A stretch of DNA of 64,000 nt from Thermodesulfobacteriota bacterium. Lineage in GTDB: Bacteria > Desulfobacterota_D > UBA1144. Below the pieces are notes generated by a model. It was not told where the DNA came from, did no database searches, and saw only the letters and a list, made by a program, of their open reading frames with translations. The DNA lies in NCBI GenBank assembly GCA_036340075.1, contig JAYYZJ010000012.1:109696-173695 (forward strand). Reading direction: 5' to 3'. Shown here in pieces: positions 25,842 through 36,142 of the stretch; position 1 is the first letter of the stretch; each line of letters starts with the position of its first letter. A program made the translations under genes and the position numbers.

Positions 25842-28640
25842 ATGAATCAGATAGATGAAATACTTGTTGTTAAGAGATCCGGAGATGTAGTAGATTTTGA
25901 TTCTAAGCGAATACATAATGCAATAACTGCAGCGGTTAAAGCCGGAGAAGAAAACTTTGAAGAGTCCAAAATACAAGAAGTTGTTGCTTCAATAGAAGAT
26001 GAAATTTTTTCTAGATTTATAGATTTTTATCCAAACGTCGAAAACATCCAAGATATAGTTGAGAAACATCTTATACGGGCCGATATGTTTAATGTTGCTC
26101 GTAGATATATTATTTATAGAGCAGAAAGAACAAAAGAACGTGAAGTACTAAAAGAAAAAATTTCTCAGAAAGCTGAATTAGGCAAATTAAAGATTAGAAA
26201 AAAAGATGGTACAACTGTTTTATTTAATCCTCAAAAAGTTAGAAAGACAGCCGCATTAGCGTGTGCAAAATATTCCAATACAACATCCCCAGATATCATT
26301 GTTAAAGAATTAACAAGAAATATATTCGATGGAGCATCGACATCTGACATAGAAAGAGCTCTGATTCTTTCATCTACTGCTTTTATTGAAAACGATCCAG
26401 ACTACGGAAAAGTTTCTGCTAGTTTGTTTCTACAGAGACTATACAAAGAGGCTATGAAAGTGTCTATAAATGAAGATTCAGTCTATGAAGAATATAAAAG
26501 AACTTTTATTGAAGGAATTAAGTTTGGTGTCGAAAATGAATATCTAGACAAAAGACTTCTTGATTTTGATTTGGAGAAATTGAGTAATTCTTTAGAAGTT
26601 GATAGAGATAATCTTTTTCAATTTATTGGTATCCAAACATTATATGAAAGATATCTACTTAAGCATGAAGATATAAGATTTGAATTACCTCAATCATTTT
26701 GGATGAGAGTAGCAATGGGCGTTTCTATTAACGAGGATGATAAAGAATCGAAAACTTTAGAGTTCTACAATGCTCTCTCAAAAATGGAGTTTGTTTCCTC
26801 TACCCCAACATTATTTCATTCCGGAACACCACATCCACAACTTAGCTCCTGTTATCTCACAACTGTAAAGGATGATTTATCTCATATTTTTAAATGTGTT
26901 GGCGATAATGCTCAACTTTCAAAATGGTCAGGAGGCTTAGGAAATGATTGGACAAACATTCGAGCAACTGGATCAAGAATTAACAGTACCAATGTCGACA
27001 GCCAGGGAGTAATTCCTTTTTTAAAAATCGCAAATGATGTAACCGTTGCTATTAATAGAAGCGGGAAAAGAAGAGGGGCTACGTGCGCATACTTAGAAAC
27101 ATGGCATTTAGATATAGAAGACTTTCTAGATTTAAGAAGAAACACAGGAGACGATAGACGAAGAACTCATGACATGAATACAGCAAATTGGATACCAGAC
27201 TTATTTATGAAAAGGGTGATTGAAGAAAAAGAGTGGACTCTGTTTTCTCCAGAAGAAGTTATAGATCTCCATGATTTACATGGAAGTAAATTTGAAGAAG
27301 CCTATGAAAGATATGAATCTTTAATTGATCAAGGAAAGATTAAGAAATTTAAGAAGATCCATGCACCAGAGCTTTGGAAAAAAATGCTAACCAGAATATT
27401 CGAAACAGGACATCCTTGGATAACTTTTAAGGATGCTTGCAATGTTAGATCTCCACAAGATCATGTTGGTACTGTACATAGTTCTAATCTTTGCACTGAA
27501 ATAACATTAAATACCTCTGCAGACGAAACAGCTGTGTGCAATCTAGGCTCAATCAATCTTGAAAAGCATGTTAATGAGGACAAAAAGTTAGATAGAGAAT
27601 TATTAGAAAAAACCGTTAAAACTGCCATTAGAATGCTTGATAATGTAATTGATTTGAATTTTTACCCAACAATAGAGGCAAAAAATTCAAATTTCAAACA
27701 TAGACCAATAGGACTAGGAATAATGGGTTTGCAAGACGCATTATTTAAAATAGATTTACCCTTTGAATCCCCCAAATCTCTTAACTTCTCAGATCAACTC
27801 CTTGAGTTCATTTCATATAACGCTATTCTTGCATCTTCTAATTTATCAAAAGAGCGGGGTTCTTATGAATCATTTAAAGGATCAAAATGGGATAGAGGCA
27901 TTTTCCCACTAGATACGCTTTCATTATTAGAGGAAGAAAGAAAAGATACAATTGAAATAAATAAGATTACTTCTCTCGACTGGAACAAACTTAAAAAGCA
28001 AGTGAAGAAACATGGAATGAGAAATTCTAACACAATGGCAATTGCTCCTACAGCAACAATATCGAATATAGCCGGTTGTTTTCCTTGTATAGAGCCAATT
28101 TACAAAAATATATATGTAAAATCTAACATTAGTGGAGAGTTTACAGTTGTGAATTCATATTTAGTTGATGACCTAAAGAAACTAAACCTCTGGTCTCAAG
28201 ATATGTTAGAGAAAATAAAGTACTTTGATGGCAATCTTGATCAGATAGAAGAAATACCTGAAAATTTAAAAGATAAATACAAAGAGGCTTTTTCAATAGA
28301 TCCAATCACTTTACTGAAACATACTGCAGTTAGAGGTAAATGGATTGATCAGAGCCAGTCTCATAATATTTTCATGCAAGGAGTTTCAGGAAAACTTCTT
28401 AGTGAAATTTATATTAATGCATGGAAGCTGGGATTGAAGACAACTTATTATTTACGAACATTAGCAGCTACACAAATTGAAAAATCTACCTTGGATGCAA
28501 ATAAGTATGGTTATACTCAAAAAAGAGAATATAAAAAGATTGAAGACAAAACAGAAGAAGATACAGTAAAAGAAGAAAAATCAGCAAATGATGTAACAGT
28601 CTGCAGCTTGATGGATCCAGACTGTGAAGCATGTCAATAA
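25842..28640 (+). CDS. nrdA: ribonucleoside-diphosphate reductase, large (alpha) subunit, class I
   Basis: N-terminal ATP-cone (VVKRSGDVVDFDSKRI), catalytic core (SSCYL, NLCTEI, PTATIS) and C-terminal redox Cys pair CSLMDPDCEACQ. ATG 25842 follows GGAGGA; the track TTG at 25827 is probably leader. Confidence 0.95.
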   Translation: MNQIDEILVVKRSGDVVDFDSKRIHNAITAAVKAGEENFEESKIQEVVASIEDEIFSRFIDFYPNVENIQDIVEKHLIRADMFNVARRYIIYRAERTKEREVLKEKISQKAELGKLKIRKKDGTTVLFNPQKVRKTAALACAKYSNTTSPDIIVKELTRNIFDGASTSDIERALILSSTAFIENDPDYGKVSASLFLQRLYKEAMKVSINEDSVYEEYKRTFIEGIKFGVENEYLDKRLLDFDLEKLSNSLEVDRDNLFQFIGIQTLYERYLLKHEDIRFELPQSFWMRVAMGVSINEDDKESKTLEFYNALSKMEFVSSTPTLFHSGTPHPQLSSCYLTTVKDDLSHIFKCVGDNAQLSKWSGGLGNDWTNIRATGSRINSTNVDSQGVIPFLKIANDVTVAINRSGKRRGATCAYLETWHLDIEDFLDLRRNTGDDRRRTHDMNTANWIPDLFMKRVIEEKEWTLFSPEEVIDLHDLHGSKFEEAYERYESLIDQGKIKKFKKIHAPELWKKMLTRIFETGHPWITFKDACNVRSPQDHVGTVHSSNLCTEITLNTSADETAVCNLGSINLEKHVNEDKKLDRELLEKTVKTAIRMLDNVIDLNFYPTIEAKNSNFKHRPIGLGIMGLQDALFKIDLPFESPKSLNFSDQLLEFISYNAILASSNLSKERGSYESFKGSKWDRGIFPLDTLSLLEEERKDTIEINKITSLDWNKLKKQVKKHGMRNSNTMAIAPTATISNIAGCFPCIEPIYKNIYVKSNISGEFTVVNSYLVDDLKKLNLWSQDMLEKIKYFDGNLDQIEEIPENLKDKYKEAFSIDPITLLKHTAVRGKWIDQSQSHNIFMQGVSGKLLSEIYINAWKLGLKTTYYLRTLAATQIEKSTLDANKYGYTQKREYKKIEDKTEEDTVKEEKSANDVTVCSLMDPDCEACQ

Positions 28641-28655
28641 TAAGGAGAAAAGACT

Positions 28656-29654
28656 ATGTCTATTTTAAGTAATGATTCAAAAACAGATCCTAACAAAATC
28701 TTGCCAATGACCTATATGTGGGCCAGAGAGCATTATAAAAATGGTGTTGCAAACAACTGGACCCCAGAAGAAATTTCTATGCAAAAAGATGTTGAACAGT
28801 GGAAATCAAAAGAGGTTTTGTCAGAGACGGAAAGAAGAATGATTCTATGGAACCTAGGATTCTTTTCCACTGCAGAGTCTCTTACTGCCAACAATATTGT
28901 TTTGACTGTGTACAAACATGTTACAAATCCAGAAGCGCGACAGTATTTGCTTAGACAAGCATATGAAGAAGCTGTACATACTGATACTTTTATTTATTGT
29001 TGCGATAGTTTAGGTCTTGATCCTGATTATATTTACAACATGTATGAAACTATACCTTCGATAAAAGAGAAAGATGATTTTGTAGTAAGTCTAACAAAAT
29101 CGATTATGGATCCAAATTTTGAAATAAAATCAAATGAAGATATCCAAAAATACTTGCATGATATCGTAGGGTATTACGTAATAATGGAAGGAATATTCTT
29201 TTATGCTGGATTCGCAATGATGTTAGCACTAAAAAGACAGAATAAAATGATTGGCATAGGAGAACAGTTTGAATATATAATGAGAGACGAAAGCATTCAT
29301 CTAGCTTTTGGATGCGATTTGATTAATACCATAAAGGAAGAAAATCCAGTGATTTGGACTGAAGATTTCAAAAAGAAAATTTCTGATTTAATTGTTAAGG
29401 CTGTGGATTTTGAAAAACAATATGCGTATGATGCTTGCCCTGAAGGTTTACTTGGCATTAACCCAGATCAATTTTCTCAATATGTTGAATATATTGCTGA
29501 TAGACGACTCGAGCGTATAGATTTACCAAGAGTTTATGATACAGAAAACCCGTTCCCTTGGATGTCTCAAGCTGTTGATTTATCTAAGGAAAAGAACTTC
29601 TTCGAAACTAGAGTAACAGAGTATCAAACTGCCGGTTCTCTAGAATGGGACTAG
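28656..29654 (+). CDS. nrdB: ribonucleoside-diphosphate reductase, small (beta) subunit, class Ic-like
   Basis: 332 aa ferritin-like di-metal protein. Ligand motifs are STAES (E74), EEAVH (E105/H108), MEG and RDESIH, with Phe112 at the position of the radical Tyr. Confidence 0.9.
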   Translation: MSILSNDSKTDPNKILPMTYMWAREHYKNGVANNWTPEEISMQKDVEQWKSKEVLSETERRMILWNLGFFSTAESLTANNIVLTVYKHVTNPEARQYLLRQAYEEAVHTDTFIYCCDSLGLDPDYIYNMYETIPSIKEKDDFVVSLTKSIMDPNFEIKSNEDIQKYLHDIVGYYVIMEGIFFYAGFAMMLALKRQNKMIGIGEQFEYIMRDESIHLAFGCDLINTIKEENPVIWTEDFKKKISDLIVKAVDFEKQYAYDACPEGLLGINPDQFSQYVEYIADRRLERIDLPRVYDTENPFPWMSQAVDLSKEKNFFETRVTEYQTAGSLEWD

Positions 29655-29679
29655 AAGTTCACTAATCTATCCAGCTAAG

Positions 29680-30987
29680 CTATTTTTTAAAAGGATCTTC
29701 AATCTCAGGATGCCAATTTGCAAAATGGTTTTTGTGAGCTTCTGTATAAGCCCCTTTTGGATAAAATTTGTCATAGAAATCCAAATCAATATGATGATTC
29801 TGAACCATCATTCTACAATACATAGCATCTGAGAATGCTGGAAATCTTCCGTAAGTTTCATATAAATAAGTGCAAATATCTTTAACTATTTCTATTTCTT
29901 TTTTTGAAGGTCTAGGAGTATCTTTTAAAACCCCAGTAGGATCTTTATAAGGCATAAATTTTTCTTCCCAATTTGACCATTTCATATCATTAAAAGCTTC
30001 AACGGCTTCATTCATATTAGAATAGTATGGAGGTGAATAAGCTTCAAAAAGCTTGTCTAGCCCTACAGGAGCTTTCGATACAGCTTCACCCCAATCTTGA
30101 TCATTAGCTTCAATACATGTAAATCCTAATCCTTTATAATTGTCATCTGCTCCTAACATATAACGACTCTGAAATCCGCTAAACATCCAACCACCAAGCC
30201 CCAATATTTGTTGAGTGAGTGCTACATTTTGACAAAACATTGGTTGTTCAGCTATATAGCCGTTTGCGAATCTGAGCTCAGCTTCGATTAGAGGTACAGG
30301 CTTACTTGTATCAATATAGCCATCATTGATCCATTTCTGTGTACCAGCTGGCTGCATTTTTTTTAATTCATCAATAAAATGAAATCTATGACCATCACGC
30401 ATATAGAAGAATAGGATATTAATTAAACCCGCACTTAAATCAGTTACAGGCATCATGAGTGTTGTTCCAGGCTTATTTACGCTCCACGTATTATGAATAG
30501 CGAGACCAGGAGGTACAGGAGGCAGATCTGCCCTTCCATCGTGAATTTTAATCCTTGATGCTTTAAATAATTCAATAATTTTTTCGATTTTTTTCTCTCT
30601 AGTAAGACCTTCTATCCCTTTCAGGTCCGAGGGAAGTTGATCGTGTAACTTAACTAGGTAAAGACCATCGTCATTTGTATAAAAAAGTTCTGTTCTATGA
30701 ATATCACCTAAGGAAGCAATAGTTTTGCTCATAAATTTAACTTCTAGGTCAAGACCTTTATGAGGGGGAAAATCAGAAAGATTTATATTTTTAATACCTA
30801 AGCCATTCCAAACAAGTATCGCTTCTTCAATTTCACTCAAAGGGATGGGCTTATGAGATGATTTAAATTTTAAAGGACCTTCGTCTATCTCTCCACCCAT
30901 GGCAAATCTTCTAGATCTTCTTTCATATAGCGCGTCTAAAAATGTATAACCTACAGCTTGATTAACACCGGGCGGAAACTTTGACAT
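29680..30987 (-). CDS. hypothetical protein, nitroreductase/SagB-like flavoenzyme fold with uncharacterised C-terminal extension
   Basis: 435 aa. LDALYERRSRRF, PIPLSEIEEAILVWNGLGI and QNVALTQQILGLGGW resemble nitroreductase-superfamily helices. I do not recognise the last ~150 aa. Confidence 0.45.
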   Translation of the reverse strand: MSKFPPGVNQAVGYTFLDALYERRSRRFAMGGEIDEGPLKFKSSHKPIPLSEIEEAILVWNGLGIKNINLSDFPPHKGLDLEVKFMSKTIASLGDIHRTELFYTNDDGLYLVKLHDQLPSDLKGIEGLTREKKIEKIIELFKASRIKIHDGRADLPPVPPGLAIHNTWSVNKPGTTLMMPVTDLSAGLINILFFYMRDGHRFHFIDELKKMQPAGTQKWINDGYIDTSKPVPLIEAELRFANGYIAEQPMFCQNVALTQQILGLGGWMFSGFQSRYMLGADDNYKGLGFTCIEANDQDWGEAVSKAPVGLDKLFEAYSPPYYSNMNEAVEAFNDMKWSNWEEKFMPYKDPTGVLKDTPRPSKKEIEIVKDICTYLYETYGRFPAFSDAMYCRMMVQNHHIDLDFYDKFYPKGAYTEAHKNHFANWHPEIEDPFKK

Positions 30988-31032
30988 ATCTTTATTTTAA
31001 CTCAAAATAATCATTGCATATAAAAAGTTTTT

Positions 31033-31563
31033 ATGAAAAATTTGCTACTAGATTTATTAAAAAAAGAATCAATCCTAAAGGGAGAATTTGTACTGTCATC
31101 AGGAGAAAAGAGTGATTACTATATTGATGCTAGGATTAGCACTCTTTCTTCTGTTTCTTTAGGCTATATTGCAGATATTTTTTACAACCAAATCTTAGAT
31201 TGTAATCTAAATATAGTAGGAGGCCCTTCGATAGGTGCTGACCCAATAGTAGGTGCAATTCTACAAAAAGCATCATTAGATCATAATTCCTTCAAAGGAT
31301 TTCTTGTGAGATCCAGCGATAAAGAACATGGTACAAAGAAAAGAATCGAAGGACCAGACATATCAAACCAGAAAGTTGTAATAGTGGAAGATGTAGTTTC
31401 CACTGGTGGATCTATATTGAGAACGATAGATCATTTAGAAGAAATTAATTGCGAGGTTGTATTAATACTATCTATAGTTGATAGAGAAATGGGAGCGATT
31501 GAGAAGTTCCTAAAAAAGGAAATAGATTACAATCCTATATTTAAAATTTCAGAATTACTTTAG
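31033..31563 (+). CDS. pyrE: orotate phosphoribosyltransferase
   Basis: 176 aa. F.LSSGEKSDYYID and the PRPP-binding loop VVIVEDVVSTGGS. Confidence 0.9.
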   Translation: MKNLLLDLLKKESILKGEFVLSSGEKSDYYIDARISTLSSVSLGYIADIFYNQILDCNLNIVGGPSIGADPIVGAILQKASLDHNSFKGFLVRSSDKEHGTKKRIEGPDISNQKVVIVEDVVSTGGSILRTIDHLEEINCEVVLILSIVDREMGAIEKFLKKEIDYNPIFKISELL

Positions 31564-34500
31564 GTTCGTATACCAGAAAATCTTTTCTTAAAATCAACAA
31601 AAGCTAGATAAAGGGATGGTATGAGAACAAGAGTAATTAAAGTTGCGAAGGCTAGGCCAACACCTAGAGAGATTGCCATTGGAGCCAAGTAAGCAGCCTC
31701 TCCTCTAGTTTGAAACATTAATGTTGCTAAGCCTCCAAATGTCGTTAGTGTAGTTAAAATTATTGCTCTAAATCTATTTTTTGCTGAATAAAATACTGAG
31801 AAGCCGAATCCATTTTTACTTGCGCTTTTATTAATGAAATTCATCAATATTAAACTATCATTAACAACTACGCCAAGAAGAGCGACTACTCCTATCAAAC
31901 CTGTTATAGATATAGGATCACCACGTAACAATATTCCTACTGTTACTCCAATGATTGTAAAAGGGAGCACAGACATTATTAGTATCGGTTGAATGTAAGA
32001 TCTTAGAATAGTAGCTAGTATCAAGTAGATTAACAAAATAGAAATTATAGATGCTCTCTTTACGCTTTCCAGTGATTCTCTAGTGTCTTGTTCTTCACCT
32101 GCTAGGACAAGTTTGTAGTCAGGATAATTATTGTCTATTGTTTTGTAGAATTTTAATGCGCTATTAATTACTTCTCTTGGTGTAGTAATATCTTCATCAA
32201 TCTCTGCAGTAACACTTGCAGCTCTTTGTCTATTGTATCTAGAAATTCCTAATAGATTGGAGCTTATCTCAGCTTTGGAAAAATTCGAAATAGGTACGAA
32301 TTCTCCTCTAGAATTAACAACTAGATGGTTTGAAATATTTTCAATAGATTGTTTTTCCCACTGGTTTTCTATTTTTAATTTTATTTTTGCTTCTTCATCA
32401 TTTACACGTGTGTTATCTATCTCAATTCCATCAATCAACAATCTTATTTCTTTCCCTACCGTTCTTGTATCTACTCCATACATTGCTGCTTTTTGTTCAT
32501 CAATTTTCAAACTTAATCTAGGTTTTCCAAAAGTTAGATTGTCGCTTACACCATAAACACCTTTTTTTGATCTAAGGAAAGCTTTTAGTTCTTTGCTGAT
32601 TTCATTTAATATTAGTGTGTCATCACCTATGATCCTTATATCAAGATCCTTACCTTTTGGTGGCCCAGTAGTTTGTACAAATTCTATACTTGCAGGGCCG
32701 ACAATCTCTTCACCAACAATCTTCTGAATCTTTTTCATAGACTCTAATCCATTTGTATCTCTTTCTTCAAAGTCATGAAATTGAACTAATACATTAGATA
32801 TGTGGTCTCCATATTGAGGAGGTTTTTTGGAGAAATCTACGCCCAAAGTAGTCAAATAATTCTTTAATAATTTTGGAGAAGTATTCCTTTTTACAATTTC
32901 TTCAACTTGAGATGCTTTCTCGGCAGTTAAATTTAGGCTGTAATTTGATGAATTTTGAATTTTTATTAAGTATTGATTGATATCTGATGAATACAAAAGA
33001 ACAAAGGGAATCTTTAATAGTATAAAAGTGGTTAATAATAGCAATCCAAAAGAAAGCGCTAGGACTTTATATTTCATTCTTAGGCAAGCTATTAGAATTC
33101 TTAAATATTTCCTTCTTAACTTTTCGAACTGTTGTACAAAAAATCCCGTATCCTTAGTCACTCTTACAAAATCTGCACAATGAGATGGTAATATTGTTAA
33201 TGCTTCTACCAAGGAAAAAACTAAAGCAAATATTGCAACCTGAGGAATTATCGATAGAAAAATCCCTAATGTACCCTCTGCAAGAAGAATGGGAAACAAT
33301 GAGGCAATATTTGTCATTATTGTAGCAATAACTGGCCATGCTACTTCCTTGGCACCTTTTGAAGCTGCCTCTTTGGGTGGGAGGCCCTTTTGAATATATC
33401 TTTTAACATTTTCTACTACTATAATTGCATCATCAACAACTATCCCCAGAACCATTATTAAGCCAAACATTGTGATTACGTTTAAAGATTCGCCAGTGTA
33501 CTGCATAAGAATAAAAGCTCCAAAAAAGGCAACAGGAAGCCCTAGTGCAGCAAGAAACGCAGATCTATAATCAAGAAACATTGATAGTATTAACAAGACT
33601 GCGATGATTCCATAAATTCCAGTCTTAACCATTGAATCAAAACGTCCTTTAACCCAATAAGAGGAGTCGTTAGAAACAAAAACCTCTATACCATCAGGGA
33701 GTGTTTTCTTGAAGTTTTTAATAACATCTTTTATTTTTTCTACTGTTTCTATTGCATCCTTATTCTTTTGTTTTTCTATCCAAAAAGATATTGAGGCAAA
33801 ACCATTAATTCTTGATAGTGTCATATCTTCTTCTTGGCCAAGCTCAATTCTTGCAATATCTTTTAGTATCATAGGCATTTTATTAATTTTTTTATTTAAT
33901 GGGATACCTTCTAATTCATAAATACTTTCAATTTTACCTTTGGTCCTAATTGTATATTCTTGATTACCAAGCTCTAAGGCACCCGCAGGAAGATCTATAT
34001 TTCTCGATTTTATAGAATCGATTACTTCATTTATATTTATGTTGTATTGGAGTAATTTTTTCTGATCAATATAAATCCAAAAAACCAATTCTCCATATCC
34101 AGACTCTATTAAGCTTTCAATAGAACCTAATCTTTCAAGCTTGTCTTTTAAGCGCTTTGCGTAAAACCTCAATTCATTCTTGTCGCCATTGCTTCCTATA
34201 GAAACATTAATTAAGGGAGCACTACCTTTTACATCTTTTATTATTGGATCATCTATATCATCAGGTAAGTCATTTTTAATTTGTGAAATTTCAGACCTTA
34301 TTTCTTGAGCTATTTCTTCAGTGTCTTCATCTGCAAATAGTTCTGCAATAATAAATGAACGAGATTCAGATGATTGAGACTTTATATTTTTTATTCCAGA
34401 AATGCTAGAGATTTTATCTTCAATGGGAATGGTAATTAATTTTTCCACATCTTCTGCCGTGGAGTTTTCATGTATTGTCAATATTGTTACTTTCTCGAAA

Positions 34501-34622
34501 CCAACGGATGGAAAAAGTTCTTTTGGTAAATTAAAACCAACGTAAAGGCCAAAAATTATTATTGTTGCCATTAATAGGTTAGAAAAAACTGGATTTTTTA
34601 TTGAATAGTCAATAAGTTTCAT
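31560..34622 (-). CDS. RND family efflux transporter, inner-membrane permease (AcrB/HAE1-like)
   Basis: 1020 aa, 12-TM architecture with two large periplasmic loops. GIVVDDAIIVVEN and GVVVNDSLILMNF motifs. Confidence 0.9.
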   Translation of the reverse strand: MKLIDYSIKNPVFSNLLMATIIIFGLYVGFNLPKELFPSVGFEKVTILTIHENSTAEDVEKLITIPIEDKISSISGIKNIKSQSSESRSFIIAELFADEDTEEIAQEIRSEISQIKNDLPDDIDDPIIKDVKGSAPLINVSIGSNGDKNELRFYAKRLKDKLERLGSIESLIESGYGELVFWIYIDQKKLLQYNININEVIDSIKSRNIDLPAGALELGNQEYTIRTKGKIESIYELEGIPLNKKINKMPMILKDIARIELGQEEDMTLSRINGFASISFWIEKQKNKDAIETVEKIKDVIKNFKKTLPDGIEVFVSNDSSYWVKGRFDSMVKTGIYGIIAVLLILSMFLDYRSAFLAALGLPVAFFGAFILMQYTGESLNVITMFGLIMVLGIVVDDAIIVVENVKRYIQKGLPPKEAASKGAKEVAWPVIATIMTNIASLFPILLAEGTLGIFLSIIPQVAIFALVFSLVEALTILPSHCADFVRVTKDTGFFVQQFEKLRRKYLRILIACLRMKYKVLALSFGLLLLTTFILLKIPFVLLYSSDINQYLIKIQNSSNYSLNLTAEKASQVEEIVKRNTSPKLLKNYLTTLGVDFSKKPPQYGDHISNVLVQFHDFEERDTNGLESMKKIQKIVGEEIVGPASIEFVQTTGPPKGKDLDIRIIGDDTLILNEISKELKAFLRSKKGVYGVSDNLTFGKPRLSLKIDEQKAAMYGVDTRTVGKEIRLLIDGIEIDNTRVNDEEAKIKLKIENQWEKQSIENISNHLVVNSRGEFVPISNFSKAEISSNLLGISRYNRQRAASVTAEIDEDITTPREVINSALKFYKTIDNNYPDYKLVLAGEEQDTRESLESVKRASIISILLIYLILATILRSYIQPILIMSVLPFTIIGVTVGILLRGDPISITGLIGVVALLGVVVNDSLILMNFINKSASKNGFGFSVFYSAKNRFRAIILTTLTTFGGLATLMFQTRGEAAYLAPMAISLGVGLAFATLITLVLIPSLYLAFVDFKKRFSGIRT

Positions 34623-34625
34623 TAA

Positions 34626-35705
34626 TTATTTGATTACCTTAACCTTGTTGCCATCTTCAAGCCCAGAATAGCCTTCTACTATTATTCTAGTAAGTTCAGG
34701 GATACTTTCCGATTCCACTATAGATTCATTACTATTCAATAGTATTGGTTTTACATTAATCTTTTTTGCTTTTCCGTTAGTTTCTATAAAAATAAAAGAT
34801 TTACTACCCTCATTTAAAATAGCTTTACTAGGAATTGCTATGTAGTTCTCAAATTTTTCTATTTCTATTTCAATTTCTATAACTTCTCCTGGTATAAACT
34901 TATCGCTAGAATTGTCTATCTTAAATTCAAGCACATAAGTAACAGTCTCTTTGTCAATCTTTCTACTAATTCCTATAATTTCGGGACTGAATGTTTCATC
35001 TTCTTTTATTGCTTGTATGATTTTCGAAGATCGCAGAATCTTTCTTGCATTATCCGAACTCAATTTAGATTTACCTATAAGGTACGAATTATCTACATAT
35101 TTAAATAATTTCTTTCCTCTTGTAACTTTTTGTCCCACATCTTGATAAAATTTATTAATATATCCATTGAATGGTGCCACCACATTTAGATTATGAAATT
35201 CCCATAAAACTTTTTTATATCTTGCTTCTTGTGCATCATGTTCAGATTTAGATTGATTAAACAAATTTTTCTTTGTATCTAATTCGCTCGATGAAATTAT
35301 TTCTTTTCCGTATAGCGAGATTGCATTTTTATAATTCCTAGCTGCTTCATCAAGTCTAGATTTATGGGAATTTAATAAATCTTCAGCCTCTTTTAGTTCT
35401 AGCAATTTGCGAGTATCTTTCATCTTCAGAATTACATCATCTTTATTAACAAAATCGCCTATTTCATAGTTTCTTGACTCAATAGTCCCATCTACTTCAG
35501 CAATAACATCAATTGATTTGGAGCTGTAAAGTTTTGCAAACATTCTCAATTTTTTATTGAAATTACTGACTTTTCTATCTATAACTAGCACTCTTTTACT
35601 AGGAAATTCAGGCTGAACAGAGCTCCTATTGCCATATTGGTAGTAAAAACCCACGATTATAAGGAGTGCGAAAATCAAAAAGAATTTAAAAAGCTTTTTT
35701 TTCAT
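34626..35705 (-). CDS. RND efflux periplasmic adaptor (membrane fusion protein)
   Basis: 359 aa. N-terminal anchor, lipoyl-like and coiled-coil hairpin segments. Lies 3 nt upstream of the RND permease. Confidence 0.8.
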   Translation of the reverse strand: MKKKLFKFFLIFALLIIVGFYYQYGNRSSVQPEFPSKRVLVIDRKVSNFNKKLRMFAKLYSSKSIDVIAEVDGTIESRNYEIGDFVNKDDVILKMKDTRKLLELKEAEDLLNSHKSRLDEAARNYKNAISLYGKEIISSSELDTKKNLFNQSKSEHDAQEARYKKVLWEFHNLNVVAPFNGYINKFYQDVGQKVTRGKKLFKYVDNSYLIGKSKLSSDNARKILRSSKIIQAIKEDETFSPEIIGISRKIDKETVTYVLEFKIDNSSDKFIPGEVIEIEIEIEKFENYIAIPSKAILNEGSKSFIFIETNGKAKKINVKPILLNSNESIVESESIPELTRIIVEGYSGLEDGNKVKVIK

Positions 35706-35824
35706 TAGAGGCCCTTTAGGGGATAATATACATGATTTTATTAGATAAAATTTGCAATTTTACTCTTAAAAAACTATTATATGGAAATAAGATAAAACGC
35801 TATATTTATTGGAGGATTTTAACA

Positions 35825-36103
35825 ATGGCACTTACAAAATCACAAATCACATCAACTTTAGCAGAAAGTCTAGGAATATCTAAAGCTGATGCAGCTAGAT
35901 ATTTGGATACATTAGCAGGATTAGCCTGTAGTGAAGCTAAAAATAATGGAAGTTTTACAATTCCAGGGTTGGGTAAATTAGTACTAGTAGATAGAAAAGC
36001 TAGAATGGGAAGAAACCCACAGACTGGAGAAGCTATTCAAATTCCAGCTAAGAAAGTTGTTAAATTTAGAGTTTCAAAAGCTTGTAAGGATTCAGTACTT
36101 TAA
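35825..36103 (+). CDS. HU/IHF family DNA-binding protein
   Basis: 92 aa from ATG 35825 (GGAGGA 9 nt upstream). F.IPGLGKL....RKARMGRNPQTGEAIQIPAKKVVKFR is the canonical HU/IHF arm. The track ORF starting at 35732 is an upstream extension. Confidence 0.9.
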   Translation: MALTKSQITSTLAESLGISKADAARYLDTLAGLACSEAKNNGSFTIPGLGKLVLVDRKARMGRNPQTGEAIQIPAKKVVKFRVSKACKDSVL

Positions 36104-36142
36104 ACATAAGATCTGAATTCTTTTAGTTATTGATTTAATTTT

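Noticed and set aside
35732-35824. A 31-codon N-terminal extension of the HU-like ORF, as given in the track.
   Set aside because: HU/IHF proteins are about 90-100 aa. A GGAGGA SD sits 9 nt before the internal ATG at 35825, and the extension (MILLDKICNFTLKK...) is not HU-like.
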